A DNA stretch of 64,000 bases, from assembly GCF_009914755.1 (NCBI RefSeq), contig NC_060934.1. The stretch is one strand, 5' to 3'. The stretch is from the human T2T-CHM13v2.0 reference genome, Homo sapiens. Made by a program: the position numbers and the translations under genes. Positions 29,171 to 42,600 of the stretch are shown here, in pieces. The notes below the pieces were generated by a model that searched no databases, was not told the origin of the DNA, and was given only the letters and a program-made list of their open reading frames with translations. The stretch's first letter is position 1. Each line of letters opens with the position of its first letter.

Positions 29171-29548
29171 TGTATTAGTCTATTTTCACACTACTATAAA
29201 GAATTGCCCGAGACTGGGTAATTTATAAGAGGAAGAGGTTTAATTGACTCACAGTTCCGCATGGCTGGGGAGCCCTCAGGAAACTTACAATCATGTCAGT
29301 AGGCAAAGGAGAAGCAAGGCACCTTCTTTACAAGGCGCAGGAAAGAAAAGTGCCAAGTGAAGGCGGAAGAGCCCCTTATGAAACCATCAGATCTCCTGAT
29401 AACTCGCTCACTATCACGTGAACAGCATGGGGGAAACTGACTCCATGATTCAATTGCCTTCACCTGGTCTCTCCCTTGACATGTGGGAATTATGAGGATG
29501 ATAATTCAAGATAAGATCCGGATGGGGACACAAAGCCTAACCATATTA
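29171..29548 (-). mobile_element. THE1D-like MaLR solo LTR with 5-bp TSD
   Basis: tgtattagtc ... ggggacacaaagcctaaccatatta; TSD ttgat at 29166-29170 and 29549-29553. Confidence 0.92.
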
Positions 29549-31030
29549 TTGATGGTGTTTTACCAAGCCTTCTTTGAATGTGTCAACACCTTTTCTAATT
29601 TCCTTGGTGATCATTCTTTTTTGCATCTTAATTTCTCTTTCATGGTGGCATTTCTGATTATGCAATTTGAAATTCATCAGTTTAATAGGTCACACACTTG
29701 GGATCTCTATTTCTTAAAGATGGCCTTTATTTAAATAAGACCCCCCAGGGAAAAGCATTCACCGTTGATGCTCCATCAAGCTGGTGTGTGAAAATATCTC
29801 TGGTTCCCCTTTTAAAGGTAGGGCTATAAGCTTTTCTAAGAGTCTTAGTCCCAGGTCTCCGGACTATGTGTCTCCTCCAAATGCCATAAGGGCATTAAAA
29901 TTAAAATCTTAGTATCAACATTTAGGATCTATATATGGGCTAACAAGCAAGCAAAGAGAGTGACTTTCAAGACTTTCACAAAGTAAGCTTATGCTTACTT
30001 CCCTGCTTTTTGTTCAAATTTTGTGTTTTTTTGTTTATTCCTGGTTCCTTCTGAATTAAAGTAGTATTTTAAAAATCTAATTAATTCAGCTACTACATAT
30101 TAAATATATACTAAGCATATATACACATGCTGTTATAAATTCTGGGTATAAAAAAAGGCAAATTTCATACATTCATACAACTTATACTCTGTTATGGAAA
30201 TAGAGGCAGGAAATATGGGAAAAAATGAATTATTTAAACCAAAAAGTGATAACTGCTAAAAGGAAAGTAATATAGAGTGATAATGAAACTGATGTACAGA
30301 CTAGTTGGGGAAAGTCTTTACCCTGGGTGGCCAAAAAAGGCTAATCTGATTCTCAGCTCATTCATTCAAGCTGTGACCAGAAGGAACAGCCATGTAAACT
30401 TATGTTGGTTTAAATGTTTTTTTTTTTTTTGTTTTGTTTTGTTTTCCCTTCTCACTAACCATTTATCTCATTTTTGGCTATAGCTTTTTATTCCCCTTTT
30501 ACAATTTCATTCTGTCCCTCCCCATTTCCTCTTTCCCTCCAGCCTAAAATATATTCAAATATCCAGAAGTCTCAAAAATCTTGTCATGATCATTAGTCTC
30601 TTTTAAGTTACTACCTTGAGTCTCTTTGTTTTTTGATCTGCTATTCTCTTACCTATCTTTTTAAATAAGGTTTTTTTCCATTCACCATTTCGTAAAGCAA
30701 AAGTCAACAACAAATTGATTAAATCTACTAATTGCCAAACTAGTATCTTTTTAATCATTATCTTCAAGTAAGACCATTGATTACTCACTGAAATTCTCTG
30801 CCCAGCATCCTCCTTTGTATGTTACTTTTCTTATTAACACTTGAATGCTCTTTCTTTATCAGATTCTATTTTCTCTGCCCACTTCTTCAAAGCTTCTGTT
30901 CCTCATGGCTTTACCCTTCATTGTTGTCCCTTCTAGCTCTAAATCCTGTCTATAAATACACCCACTTGAATTATTTATACTATTTTATGGTGAGAAAGCT
31001 TAAGAGTCTTCTCAGTGCCACTTACCAAGT

Positions 31031-31348
31031 TATTATTATTATTATTTTATTTATTTTTATTTTTTTGAGACAGAGTTTCGCTCTTGTTGCCCAGGCTGAT
31101 ATGCAATGGTGCAATCTCGGCTCACCACAATCTCCGCATCCTGGGTTCAAGTGATTCTCCTGCCTCAGCTTCCTGAGTAGTTGGGATTACAGGTGCATGC
31201 CACCACACACAGCTAATTTTGTATTTTTAGTAGAGACAGGGTTTCTCTATGTTGGTCAGGCTGGTCTCGAACTCCCAACCTCTGGTGACCTGTCCACCTT
31301 GGCCTCCCAAAGTGCTGGGATTACAGGCGTGAGCCACCGCACCTAGCC
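31031..31348 (-). mobile_element. AluS (Sq/Sp-like)
   Basis: (TAT)n/T tail, gagtttcgctcttgttgcccagg ... gagccaccgcacctagcc; flanks accaag. Confidence 0.95.
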
Positions 31349-32169
31349 ACCAAGATGATATTATAATATAACTATTATAGTTCAGGTTTCTTTCCATATG
31401 TTGTTTTTCATATAAATGTATTGATACTTTAAATCAGCAACAAATTATAGAAGGTTAAAAGTTGTAATTAAATTATCCAAAATCCAACTACTAAAACATA
31501 ATCATTATTTAAACCCATGAAAGTTTAGTTTTGTTCCTATACAGGCATATACATGTCTATGTTATATATGTTTGTATTATATAATGCTTGTGATTATATG
31601 TGTGGAGAAAGAGAGAGAAACAGAGACAGAGAGAAAGAGAGAAGCAGAGACATATACAAACAGATTTCTCCGAATCTTTGCCTGCAGAAATTGAACCATG
31701 GGCCAAAACTGAATTACTTTCTATATGAAGAGGAATAAGAAGACATTTAGAAGCTATGGACTAGAGTTGGAAAAATGGCAAGAGTTAAGTGCAAAAAATA
31801 GAAATAGACATTTAAAGAGGTATTTTTATGAAATTCCATGTATAATACACAATAAATTGAATTTTCTCACTTTCCAATGAAATCTTCACTGCACATAATC
31901 TTTGGAAAGTGGATTTCTTTCAGAAGAATACAAAGTAGAACTGAATTATATTGTAAAGAGTAAGTTTGGTATAAAACAAAACAAAGACAAAAATATGCAT
32001 ATGAGAATATCTATGCATCCATATACATAATAGATTATAAAATTTAGACTACTTTCATACTATTTAAAAAACTTGACTTTATTTTCTATAGACTCTTTTC
32101 ATGTGGCAGGCAACCATTTGTTTAATCATCCCAATTTTTCTATTATTTTAAATAATTCTATAGTTATCC

Positions 32170-32805
32170 TGTTGGGGCTCAGAAAAAAAAAATATACGCC
32201 AAAATGAAGGACTTAGAAGCAGCTTCAGAAGCAAAAGTTTTTCTCTGATTTTTTTCTGTTCTCCTGTTGCTCAGTTCCATTTTCCCCTGAGGCTAGTCAT
32301 AAATACTAGAATCCTTCTCCAAGGCAGGTCACAGAAGCCAGAACCCCTTTTCCCCAAAGCTAGTGATAAAACATAAAAATATTATTCTAAAACGATCTCC
32401 ATCTCTCTGTGTAATTGTACTAGTCATACAATAATTTTCCTACCTACCTTGTTTGACTATAGGTCATAAGACCCATATTCCAGCGAGGGTCTTGCCCCAT
32501 ATCCAGAAGGTAGAAATACATGTTCAGAGAAGCCAAGAAAAATCTAGACAGACAGGCCTTGCTGGGTACCCCACTCAGTCTATTAACATAAGATCATACC
32601 TTATTTGTCCCATCATATTTCTACATGATTGTCCATACTTTATTGAACTTAAGCATAAAAATAAACAATTTATCCTGTGTCTTTGGGTCTTCATTCTGAA
32701 GGCTACCATATATACTTGGTAAATAAATTTATATGTTTTTTCACCTATTAATCTGCCTTTTGTGAGTTGATTTTTCAGTAAACTTTCAGAGGCCAAGGGT
32801 TTCCT
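32170..32805 (+). mobile_element. MER39-like ERV1 LTR
   Basis: tgttggggctcagaaaa..ccaaaatgaagg..agaagcagcttcagaagcaaaagtttttctctga; aataaa near the 3' end. Confidence 0.7.
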
Positions 32806-32821
32806 TTATTCAAAAAAGTTT

Positions 32822-33131
<310 letters not shown>

Positions 33132-34487
33132 TTATTTCCTTTGGATAGGTTCCGTGAAGTATAGTACAGATATGGATACAGATGATGCACGTATGAAAAG
33201 TTTATAAAGATTTTCATTTTACGCATATTCCCAAATTACTATAAGGCTTATGTCATTAGATTTTCAACACGATGCTCTGTACCAAGTCTATTTTAAAAGT
33301 TTTGGCAAATTTGATAGATTTAAAATACATCTTATTCTAACTATTTTATTTTTAATATTTTTCAAATATTTGTCTGCCATAACTTTTATAAGGAGAAAGT
33401 GGTTAATAATATAACCATATTCTTTGTTCATTCTTCCACTACAATATTAATTTTTTATGTCTGCAAGTATTCTTTATATATAAATGGGATCAAATTTTTG
33501 TTTATCCAGTTATCCATTTACATTTCAATATTGCTTAGGACATTCTATTGATGTACATTTTTTGAAGTTCAATTTAACAATCCTTTCTTTGTAAATTATT
33601 TTGTATGTAATTTTCATAAACTGTTTCTCAATTTTAATATCACTGAAAGATTCATGTACATTTTCTCCATTAATTATGATTTTAAAATTAACAGTTATTT
33701 CATTACTCCACCTGAAAGTTATTTTGGGGTATAAATGAATGTACCAACGGTACACAGCACCATATACATGAATACTACATGGTAATACAAATGAAAGATT
33801 TTCTAAGTGTACTAGGTCAGCTTCAGTGTATCCTTCTGTACTGTGGCTTTTATAACTACACCATGACTGAATTATTTTAGTTGTTATAGTTTGTGTACAT
33901 TAGTTACTAGTAGGGCAGCCACTATATATTTTATTGCTTTTTGACTAACTCTATAAAATGACATTTTAAGACAATAACAAACATTTTTATTACTTCTGCA
34001 ATATGCCCACAATGTACATTTTTTTCATGGCTATCATTAAGTGATTATAATTTCAAATATATCTAGTTCTCATCTCAGAAGCAAAAGATACCACTATCCT
34101 GATTATGCTATAAATCACTATAACTAAAATTACACAGCTATGAAACTCAACCATTCAGATAGCTCCAATACCAGCGAATCACTTGGTTTACCAAATTCTT
34201 TGTAGAAGTCACATGCTAGTATGATACACAGAGCAGATGCCTGGGGAAGGGGAAGGTGAGAGAGTATAAGTGGTGTCCAAACCAATTCCACAGAAGTTTC
34301 TGAGAAACTTGCCATATTTATTTATCGATCGAAACCTCTAGAATTGTACACCTACAACTTTCTAATACTATATTTGCTTTTCCCCTACCACCTGATTTTT
34401 GGCACTTGACACTCAGAGAATCTTGAGGTTTCACTAATATGACTAATATTTTCAGCCATTATGAATATTACACATCGTTTTCCACAT

Positions 34488-34493
34488 AATTAC
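34488..34493 (-). promoter_or_regulatory. CTNNA3: 5' splice donor of the CTNNA3 exon
   Basis: TAG|gtaatt on the minus strand; phase 2, splitting the Arg codon of the conserved TDFTR|GKGP junction. Confidence 0.9.
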
Positions 34494-34675
34494 CTAGTGA
34501 AGTCTGTCATCTCCATCATGATCATACACATGTTCTTGGCCAGAACAATGATGTCGTTGCTTGTATCATCCCATATCTCAATCTCAGCATCCAGCTTACT
34601 CTTTACTTTCTTGAAATCAGCAACTTGCTCAGCAATCTTTTCTTTTTCTGCCTCAGGCAGTTGAGTCATCTTAGC
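34494..34675 (-). CDS. CTNNA3: Internal coding exon of alpha-T-catenin (catenin alpha-3), start of the C-terminal actin-binding domain; probably exon 15, about aa 660-720
   Basis: Reverse complement reads ttttag|GCT AAG ATG ACT CAA ... GAC TTC ACT AG|gtaatt. 182 nt = 60 codons + 2, no stops. Translation contains the alpha-catenin motif W-DD-x-x-NDIIVLAK-x-MCMIMMEMTDFTR with alphaT-type residues. Exon number and residue range are from memory. Confidence 0.97.
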
Positions 34676-34705
34676 CTAAAACATGTGATAATTAGAGTTA
34701 AAATC
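34676..34705 (-). promoter_or_regulatory. CTNNA3: 3' splice acceptor and candidate branch points of the CTNNA3 exon
   Basis: Minus strand ttttaactctaattatcacatgttttag|G; AG at 34677-34676; yUnAy motifs TTAAC (branch A at -23) and CTAAT (-17); short pyrimidine tract. Confidence 0.85.
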
Positions 34706-37195
34706 ATTCCACTATGTCAAAAGCATTTTAGGAATAAGTAGATATTATAGGATACTCATAAAACTTGTTCATTTAAAATCAGAGGCACAATATAGTTAAA
34801 TTCATTCAATTAAAACTTTCCAGGCTTAATATTTCATATAAAAATCTATTAAATTATAATAGTTTGCTCTAGAACTATAATGTTACATTTAGAATAACAC
34901 TGTAGAACTTGGTGTCCAACATACTTAAATCCATTTTATAAAATAAATGTGGGACTTTGCAAATTTCTAATACGCTTCAAATTTTAAATTAACATCAATT
35001 TAGTGTAATGCATCACCTTTGTTAGAAAAGTGCGTATAAAAAGGTGGATGTATAACATAATTTAACTTGAAATGAGACTATGTCTACCTATGTGTATATA
35101 TGCAATTACAGGATGAATTAGTCATGCCTCAACTTTAACATAATAAAGAAAAAACAATGATGCTTTTAGTTTGAATTTTCTGTAAATATCTCAGCATAAT
35201 GCTTGACACATATTGAATGTTCCATAAATGGTAGCTATTTCTTATTCAATAAAATTATCAAAATATTTTCATATGTCTAATAAATTTTTTCATTTTGTTT
35301 GTATTTTTTCTATGAAGAATCAAATTAAGCTACACAAGACTAAGTTTTTAACTGACACAAGTGCTATTTCTTAGCCTCTGAAAGTAGTTTGTAGTTTCTT
35401 TTCTGAGGAAATGTGTCCTATGTGAGGTTGTAAGAGAGGAGCAACTTTTACTACTGCTGGCATATGGCAAAGCACGTAAATGAAGACACAGCTCACTACT
35501 TCTGAAATGAAAAGTAATATGCAAGCACGTTAAGTAAATTATAAGCCACCAACCCATTAAACTGACTCACAAATAGAAATGGGTTTTCTCCATCTTGACT
35601 ACCGGTCATTATCATTCTCTCCATTCTCATAAAAGGTGTTTAAATGTTCAAATTACAATAGCTCCAGATAGGTTCAACTGGTGCTTCTCTTTACATTCTG
35701 TATCTCAGAGGTCATAAATCTGTGATTCTATTTATTAGAATAAATAGTGCTGAATATACACTGGTATATTATAGAAAATTATTTACTGTTCTCATAATAA
35801 AGCTATTCAAGAGCTGAACTGGTTAAGTGTATTCCAAGTTCAGTTACTTGGAATGCCACTGATTTCCAATATGACCTTGAGGAAGTTACCTAACCCTCCT
35901 GTCTAAGTTTCCCTAGACACAAAATGACAGTAATTGCAACTGCTATCCACCTGCCATGCAGGGAACAGAGTCAATTATTGGATAAGATTGCGACTGACCC
36001 TGTTGTGGACAGGGAGCTCATTGGTTGCACTTCATCTCCTTAATAACATCTCAACTCAAATGGTGAATTACAACAGACATTTACCTCTGACAAGATAAGA
36101 GCCAAAAGTTGGGCAATAGTTTGCAAAATTAAAAGTTCTAGAGAATTCTGGTCCTTTTTCTCAGGGGGAACAATAGCAGCAACAAAACATTAAGTTACTG
36201 ACACCTTTGCAGAAGGTTTTAAGTGCTTCTATGATTTATTATATGTCATCGATCAATTTCAACCACGCTGAAAATTCCAAAGGAAGACTTAAGAGAATAC
36301 TTGATGTTTGGAAAGTCTAGGTGAAAAATTCTTTATTGAATTATTTTGTTCAAGTTAAACAAAGAAACTGAGGTACAAAGCTTAAGAAAAATTAAGTAAG
36401 TAGAATATCTCTGATATATATCGCCAGGTGGCTATGTGTTTAGGTTTCTGCTTACATCTATAGAGCAGAACTCTGATAGAAATAACTGTCAAAGGCTTTT
36501 TCAATCACTGCCATCTGAATAAGATTATATTGTGTAACTATTGATCTTGGAATGTGTTACCAAACACAAGAAAAACAACTAACACATATATGACAGACAC
36601 TCTTCTTGAAACCATGAACACATTTAAACTTCATAGCAGCCCTATGAGGAATTATTATTATCCCAATTTTGTAAGTGAGGAAATCGAGTCTCTCTGAAAC
36701 ATTAAGTGATTTATCAAGATTATAGTGTCAGTCAATGGTAGAATCAGGATGTAAATCAGAAAATATAGCTCTAGAGTTTTTGTTCTATCACTAAGCCAAC
36801 AAACACGAATAATATTGCCCACAATATACCAATATATACACATTCTCCATGATGGTATTTCTCTATCGCTGTCTACCTTTGAAAGCAATTGTTCTCCAAA
36901 GAATAGTCACATTGTTTAGAACCTAAGTTTCCAAATCTTTAAATTATATACCATGATCTTTACCTGACAGGCTGTTTTGGACATCAAATGATATGTAAGA
37001 ACACACTTTTTGAGTAAAGTGATGTTAACTGTCAACCATTACTTACACAAATAGATTCAGTTCTTTACTCTCTGCAGTGAATCTCAGAACTCTATTTATA
37101 ATATTATCCATTATTTTTCAATGAAAAGCTGTGTTATCCCAATTGCCTATTAGGCATTTTTAAGCATAGATTTCATTTACTAATTTAACTCTAAA

Positions 37196-37553
37196 AGAGA
37201 GGTCGGCAGAATTTTTCTATAAAGGACAAGATAGTGATATATGCTTTGCAGCTCACACCATATCACTCCGTTACTCAACTGGCAGAGTTGTTACTCTGTT
37301 ATATTGCAAGAGCAGTCATGAATACTACATAAACAAATCAGTGTGTCTCTGTTCCAATAACACCTTATTATAGACATTGAAATTTGAATTTTACATAATT
37401 TTCACATGCCACAAATATTATTCTGATCACATCTGATTACATCTATTCTGAATTTTTTCAACCACTTAAAAATGTAAAGGCCATTCTTAGCTCATGTACA
37501 AAAGCAGGCAGCAGGCCAGATTTGACCTGTTGACTACAATTTGCCAACACCTG
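37196..37553. mobile_element. MER58B-like hAT-Charlie DNA transposon
   Basis: Termini gaggtcggcagaatttttctataaagg ... ggccagatttgacc..atttgccaacacctg. Confidence 0.75.
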
Positions 37554-37559
37554 CTATAA

Positions 37560-37935
<376 letters not shown>

Positions 37936-38083
37936 TGGTTTTTGCCTTCCCCTTACATCCAACTGCCCCTTCTCAGAGTCCTCCATCTCCCCTTATCTGC
38001 CAAACGCGCATCTCCCAAAGAATCTGTGCTGACCCTTTTAACTTTCTTCATTATCTTCTCCCTTAGCACACTCATCTACTTTC

Positions 38084-38606
38084 TTTTCTTTTTTACATTG
38101 GGAAATAAAATTGTAAGTACTTACTATGCACCACATTATGTTCTGAAGTGTATATACCTTGTGGAATACATAATGGAATACTATTCAGCCATAAAAAAGA
38201 ATGAAATCCTGTCATTTGTGACAACAGGGAATCTGGAGGAAATTATGTTAAGTGAAATAACCAGACACTGAATGATGAGTACCACATGACCTCACTCATA
38301 TGCAGAATCTAAAAACGGTATCACAAAAGGAGAGAATAGAGTAGGGGTTACCAGGAGCTGGGGTAGTGGGGGAGGGGGTTTGAGAAGATGTTGGTCAGAG
38401 GATAAAAAATTTCATTTAGACAGGAGGAATAAGTTCAAGAAATCTATTATACAACATGGTGACTACAGTGAATAGTAAATTGTATTCTTGAAACATGCTG
38501 AGTGAGTGTAAAGTGTTCTCACCACAAAGATGATAACTGTGTGAGGTAATGCATGTGTTAATTAGCCAATATAGTTCTTCTACAGTGTACATATAGGTCA
38601 GCTACG
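38084..38606. mobile_element. L1MA (MA7-9-like) 3' end with internal inversion, inserted in an L2 relic
   Basis: 38084-38167 is the reverse complement of the L1MA terminus plus A tail; 38168-38596 is upstream 3' sequence on +; flanking repeat ctactttc. Confidence 0.8.
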
Positions 38607-39094
38607 CTACTTTCATGACTTCAGCCATCACTGCTATGAAGATTACTTCCAAACAACCTCTTCAGTCCTGTTCTCCTTTCCAATACTGTGATCAGTACAT
38701 TCACTGCTGTTAGGAATACCTCATCACAGAAGGATGAAAAACACACTCAGCCAAACCATTTATCCTCTTGATTTTCATGTTTCTCAGTGATACTTCCTGC
38801 CTTCCAGTCTTGAAGTTTTATATTTTAGAAAATTATCCTCTTTTCTTTAGCCTATTCTGTCAGTTGTCCATTTTATCCTTTATCACATCCATTTCCCTCT
38901 ATATATTAATATTACCATTCCTGCTGTCTTCTGGTCTTAATATTCTCCTTTGTTTTAAATCTTCTTGCTTTGCTACTGCTTGATTCAATCTTTCTGAATA
39001 TGATGGAATTGTGCAATCCTTCATCTAATCTCCTTATCTTTACATCACCTTATCAAATAAAGGGTATCAATTCCTCAAACACCACCATTATATT

Positions 39095-39645
39095 TGTTTG
39101 ATTAAAATAGAAAATTCATATAAAATGCCTAAATCATAAATGTACAGTTGGAACGATTTTCACAAACAGAGCAAATCCATGCACCTACACTCATATCAAG
39201 AAACCTTAAAAAGATTACAGACACTCGGAAGCCTCCTTCTATCTTCTGCTAGTCACTATCTCCTAAGGGTAATCACTAACTTGATTTCTAAAACTGTAGA
39301 TTTGCCCATGTTTTAATCTTATAAAGGTGTGGAATAATAGCACATGAATTCTTGTGTCTGGCTTTTTGTATTCAGCACTTAAGTGCTTGAAATGCATCTA
39401 TTCTGTTGCATGTAGTTATATTTTGTTTATTCTCATTGCTCTATACAGATATTATTCCACTCTACAAATATATATATATATTTCTATAAATTTATTCATG
39501 TTTTTCTATAAACAATATTTTGAAAACTATTCCGTTTTTGGCTATGATAAATAATGAGTATTCTTGGACTTTTCTTTAGGTGCACATATGGGTGTATTTC
39601 TCTTGAGTATGTATCTAGGAATGGAATTAGTACATCACAGGGATC
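39095..39645 (-). mobile_element. Old L1 3' end (L1MD/ME-like)
   Basis: taaatgtacagttggaacgattttcacaaac..; ctaggaatggaatt..catcacaggg. Confidence 0.6.
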
Positions 39646-42600
39646 ATCATAACCTTTGTTTCTACCAGCTTTTCAATCTCATCCCATCTTACTTCCTTCA
39701 ACACACTGTACCCTCAAGCTAAGCTAAGCTATTTGTTGCTGCAGGTAAATATCTTGAGATATTGCCCATTAATTATTTTTGCTCATCTTCCCTTCCCCCA
39801 ATTTGTTGGTCCAAATTTAATCATATTTCCAGGCCAGACTCATATAGTATATGCCCCTTTCTCCATTCTTCAAGTGTGTGTAATTATTCTCTCAAAATTT
39901 TTAGAACATGTTGTCAGTTCTTCCCCCTAGATGTTCATATTGTTCTCTCTTGTAGTCTAATCTTGTGAACACAACTATCTTATCTCACTTACTAGAGATG
40001 TTGTTGAAAACAATATCATCTTTCAGAATAATAATTATGACATTACACATAATTTTTCATTTGTACTTTTTAGATGTATTTTTTTCTCCTTCCCCTAGAA
40101 AATAAGTCCTCTTAAAGTAGGAACATATTGCATGATAAATGTTTGTTTGTGATTGTTAACAGAAATACTCAAGAGCTAAAAAAAACTCAAGACTTTTGAG
40201 CTCAAAATTTTATATCACTGATCTTGTATTTTCATTGTCAACCACATTTACACAAATGCCAAGCTTTTGCTTCTACACAGATCTTAGATTCATTTCTCTT
40301 ATGCACTTTTCCTAGTATTTTTCAAACTCAGGTCCTTATTATTCCTCCAAGACTGTATTAATAGCACAATTGATCGTTTTTCATCTTCATATCTGCTTAT
40401 TAATTGTACTATGCTCATTACTACTGCATCAAATATTGATATGCTTACATTATTTATCTGCTTAAAAAATTTAAATGACTATAATTACCCCTTAAAAGAG
40501 ACAAAAGGAAAAGAAAGGAAAAAAGTGACATAATAGGAAAAATGCAGAAATTGTTGTCATACAGACCACCATTCAAATTCCACTTTGGCCAAGTATTAGT
40601 TATACAGCAATTAACAATCCTAAACCCCAGTTTCATATGTTAAATGATAATAAATTTATAGGAGTTGTGTGAGAATTAGTTATGACTATAAACAATTGTA
40701 CCTGGAATATATTAGGGACTCAGTAAATGGTGCATATATAAATAATGTATATAAATGTATCATCTTGGCCTCCAAGACTTTCCACAAAATGGAAAAGAAG
40801 GATAACTAAAATATTCATGTAGCCTACCTCACAGAGCCTAGGCAAGAACCAAATGAAATATTTTGAGTAAGTGCTTTCCATAAGCAATAAATGCCATAGA
40901 AATATAGCGCCATTATAATTATCTTATTCTCAGAAGCCCCAGAATCCACATCACTTATTTTGCAGATAAGAAAATTGTCCCAGAAAGGGGAAATGACTTA
41001 AAAGAACTCTCCAGCTGGCTAGTGACAGATGTGATGTTTCAGTCCATGTGTCTTCATTAGTAGCTTTCCCTTTCCACAATTTTTTTTTTGGCTTTCCTTA
41101 ACTATAACTTTTTTTCATGGAAATTAAATTCTTAGGTAAATCATATAACTTTGCTAATTTCTCTATCCATGAAACTGGATGAAACATAGAAATATTATTT
41201 TGTTAATAAATAATCCACAATTATGATTTTTTTAATTTTATAAATATTAGAGAATTTCTAATTAATTCATATCACTCATATGAATGGGTAGCTAGAACTC
41301 AACATTCAAAATAAAATGTTTGATAAATTTTAAAAATATACACATGGTATGTATACATATTGGAAAAATAGTTCTCTAATGATAACTCATGTTCTTACCT
41401 TCAGCGTGTCTCAAATTTAATAGTGACATGTACGTGTTTTCTTAAAATAAGCCTAGAGGCATTTGGGAAATAGATGTATTTTTAATACATCAAAAGTATA
41501 AATAGCATAGAACACTTTGATGGAATTTTAGAAAATATAAAGTGCTTTTGGCAAAAATTCAACCTAATTAAAATTTTGAGAACAAATTTATTTAAGCAAG
41601 ATTTATGCATTGGTATCCTAAGCATACTAAATTGTGATCTCAAATATATTCCTGAGAATTCATTAAGAGCAATTTTCTGTAATATTTTAAAATTAACATT
41701 TAGGAATTGGAGTTGGACTTTAAGAAGTGGTATACATTTCTACATTTTTATGTATAGACCTCTAAATCAGACTTAAAATATATATTTGCTTTAATTAGCT
41801 CTCAGTTTCCTCATCCATCAAAAAACACCCCTCTTAACACCCAGTGGGTTACTTTCACTGTTATAAAACTGTCTCATTTTATTATAAAACTTTATAGGCT
41901 TCAGGGACTGGGTCGAAACAGAGTAAATTATCAGGTATATTTGACTGATTATCTATGTCTTAAATATAATAATGATAGTGATTGACATTTGTTCACACTT
42001 CCAGTATGCCAGTCACTCTATTGAGCACTTTTGAAAAAATTATGCCATTTAAATAATAATATGATGAGGTAGATATTAATGTCCATTTGTCACAATCATG
42101 GAAATGAGTTCCTTAGGGAACATTTGCAGATCTCCTATAATGAAACCCTCTCCAATGTTTTATTTCTTTTTCATAAGAAATAGTTATATTTTATCTGTGA
42201 ATCTAGTTTCTCTCCTTGTTCTAGAGATAAATAAAGGTTGTAAAGGGCATTTGGGAGATGGACGAAGGAATCTGTGTATAAACTGAGTATTAAGGAAAAT
42301 TAAGAAGTGATTGTTAATTTTGTTCAGTGTTGTGATCATATTGTGGTTATATAAGAGAATGTTCATTATTTTGGGATATTCCTGCTGAAATATTTAGATA
42401 TAAAATGCTATGATGTTTCAAATTACTTTGATGTAGTTTAAGAAAAACCCAAATATGGCTCTGGAACTATGGTTAAATTGTTATTTCTAGGTAATGGGAA
42501 TATGAGTCTGTATTGTACTAGTGATTAAACATTTCTGTGCATTTAATTTTTCACAATAAAAAATGAAACACAAATAACATTTTCTACAATTTTTTGTGGA

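Noticed and set aside
34461-34664. 67-aa + strand ORF
   Set aside because: Antisense shadow of the real CTNNA3 exon; no recognisable product.
40194-40207. 14-bp palindrome ttttgagctcaaaa
   Set aside because: Several palindromes of this size are expected by chance in 64 kb of AT-rich DNA.
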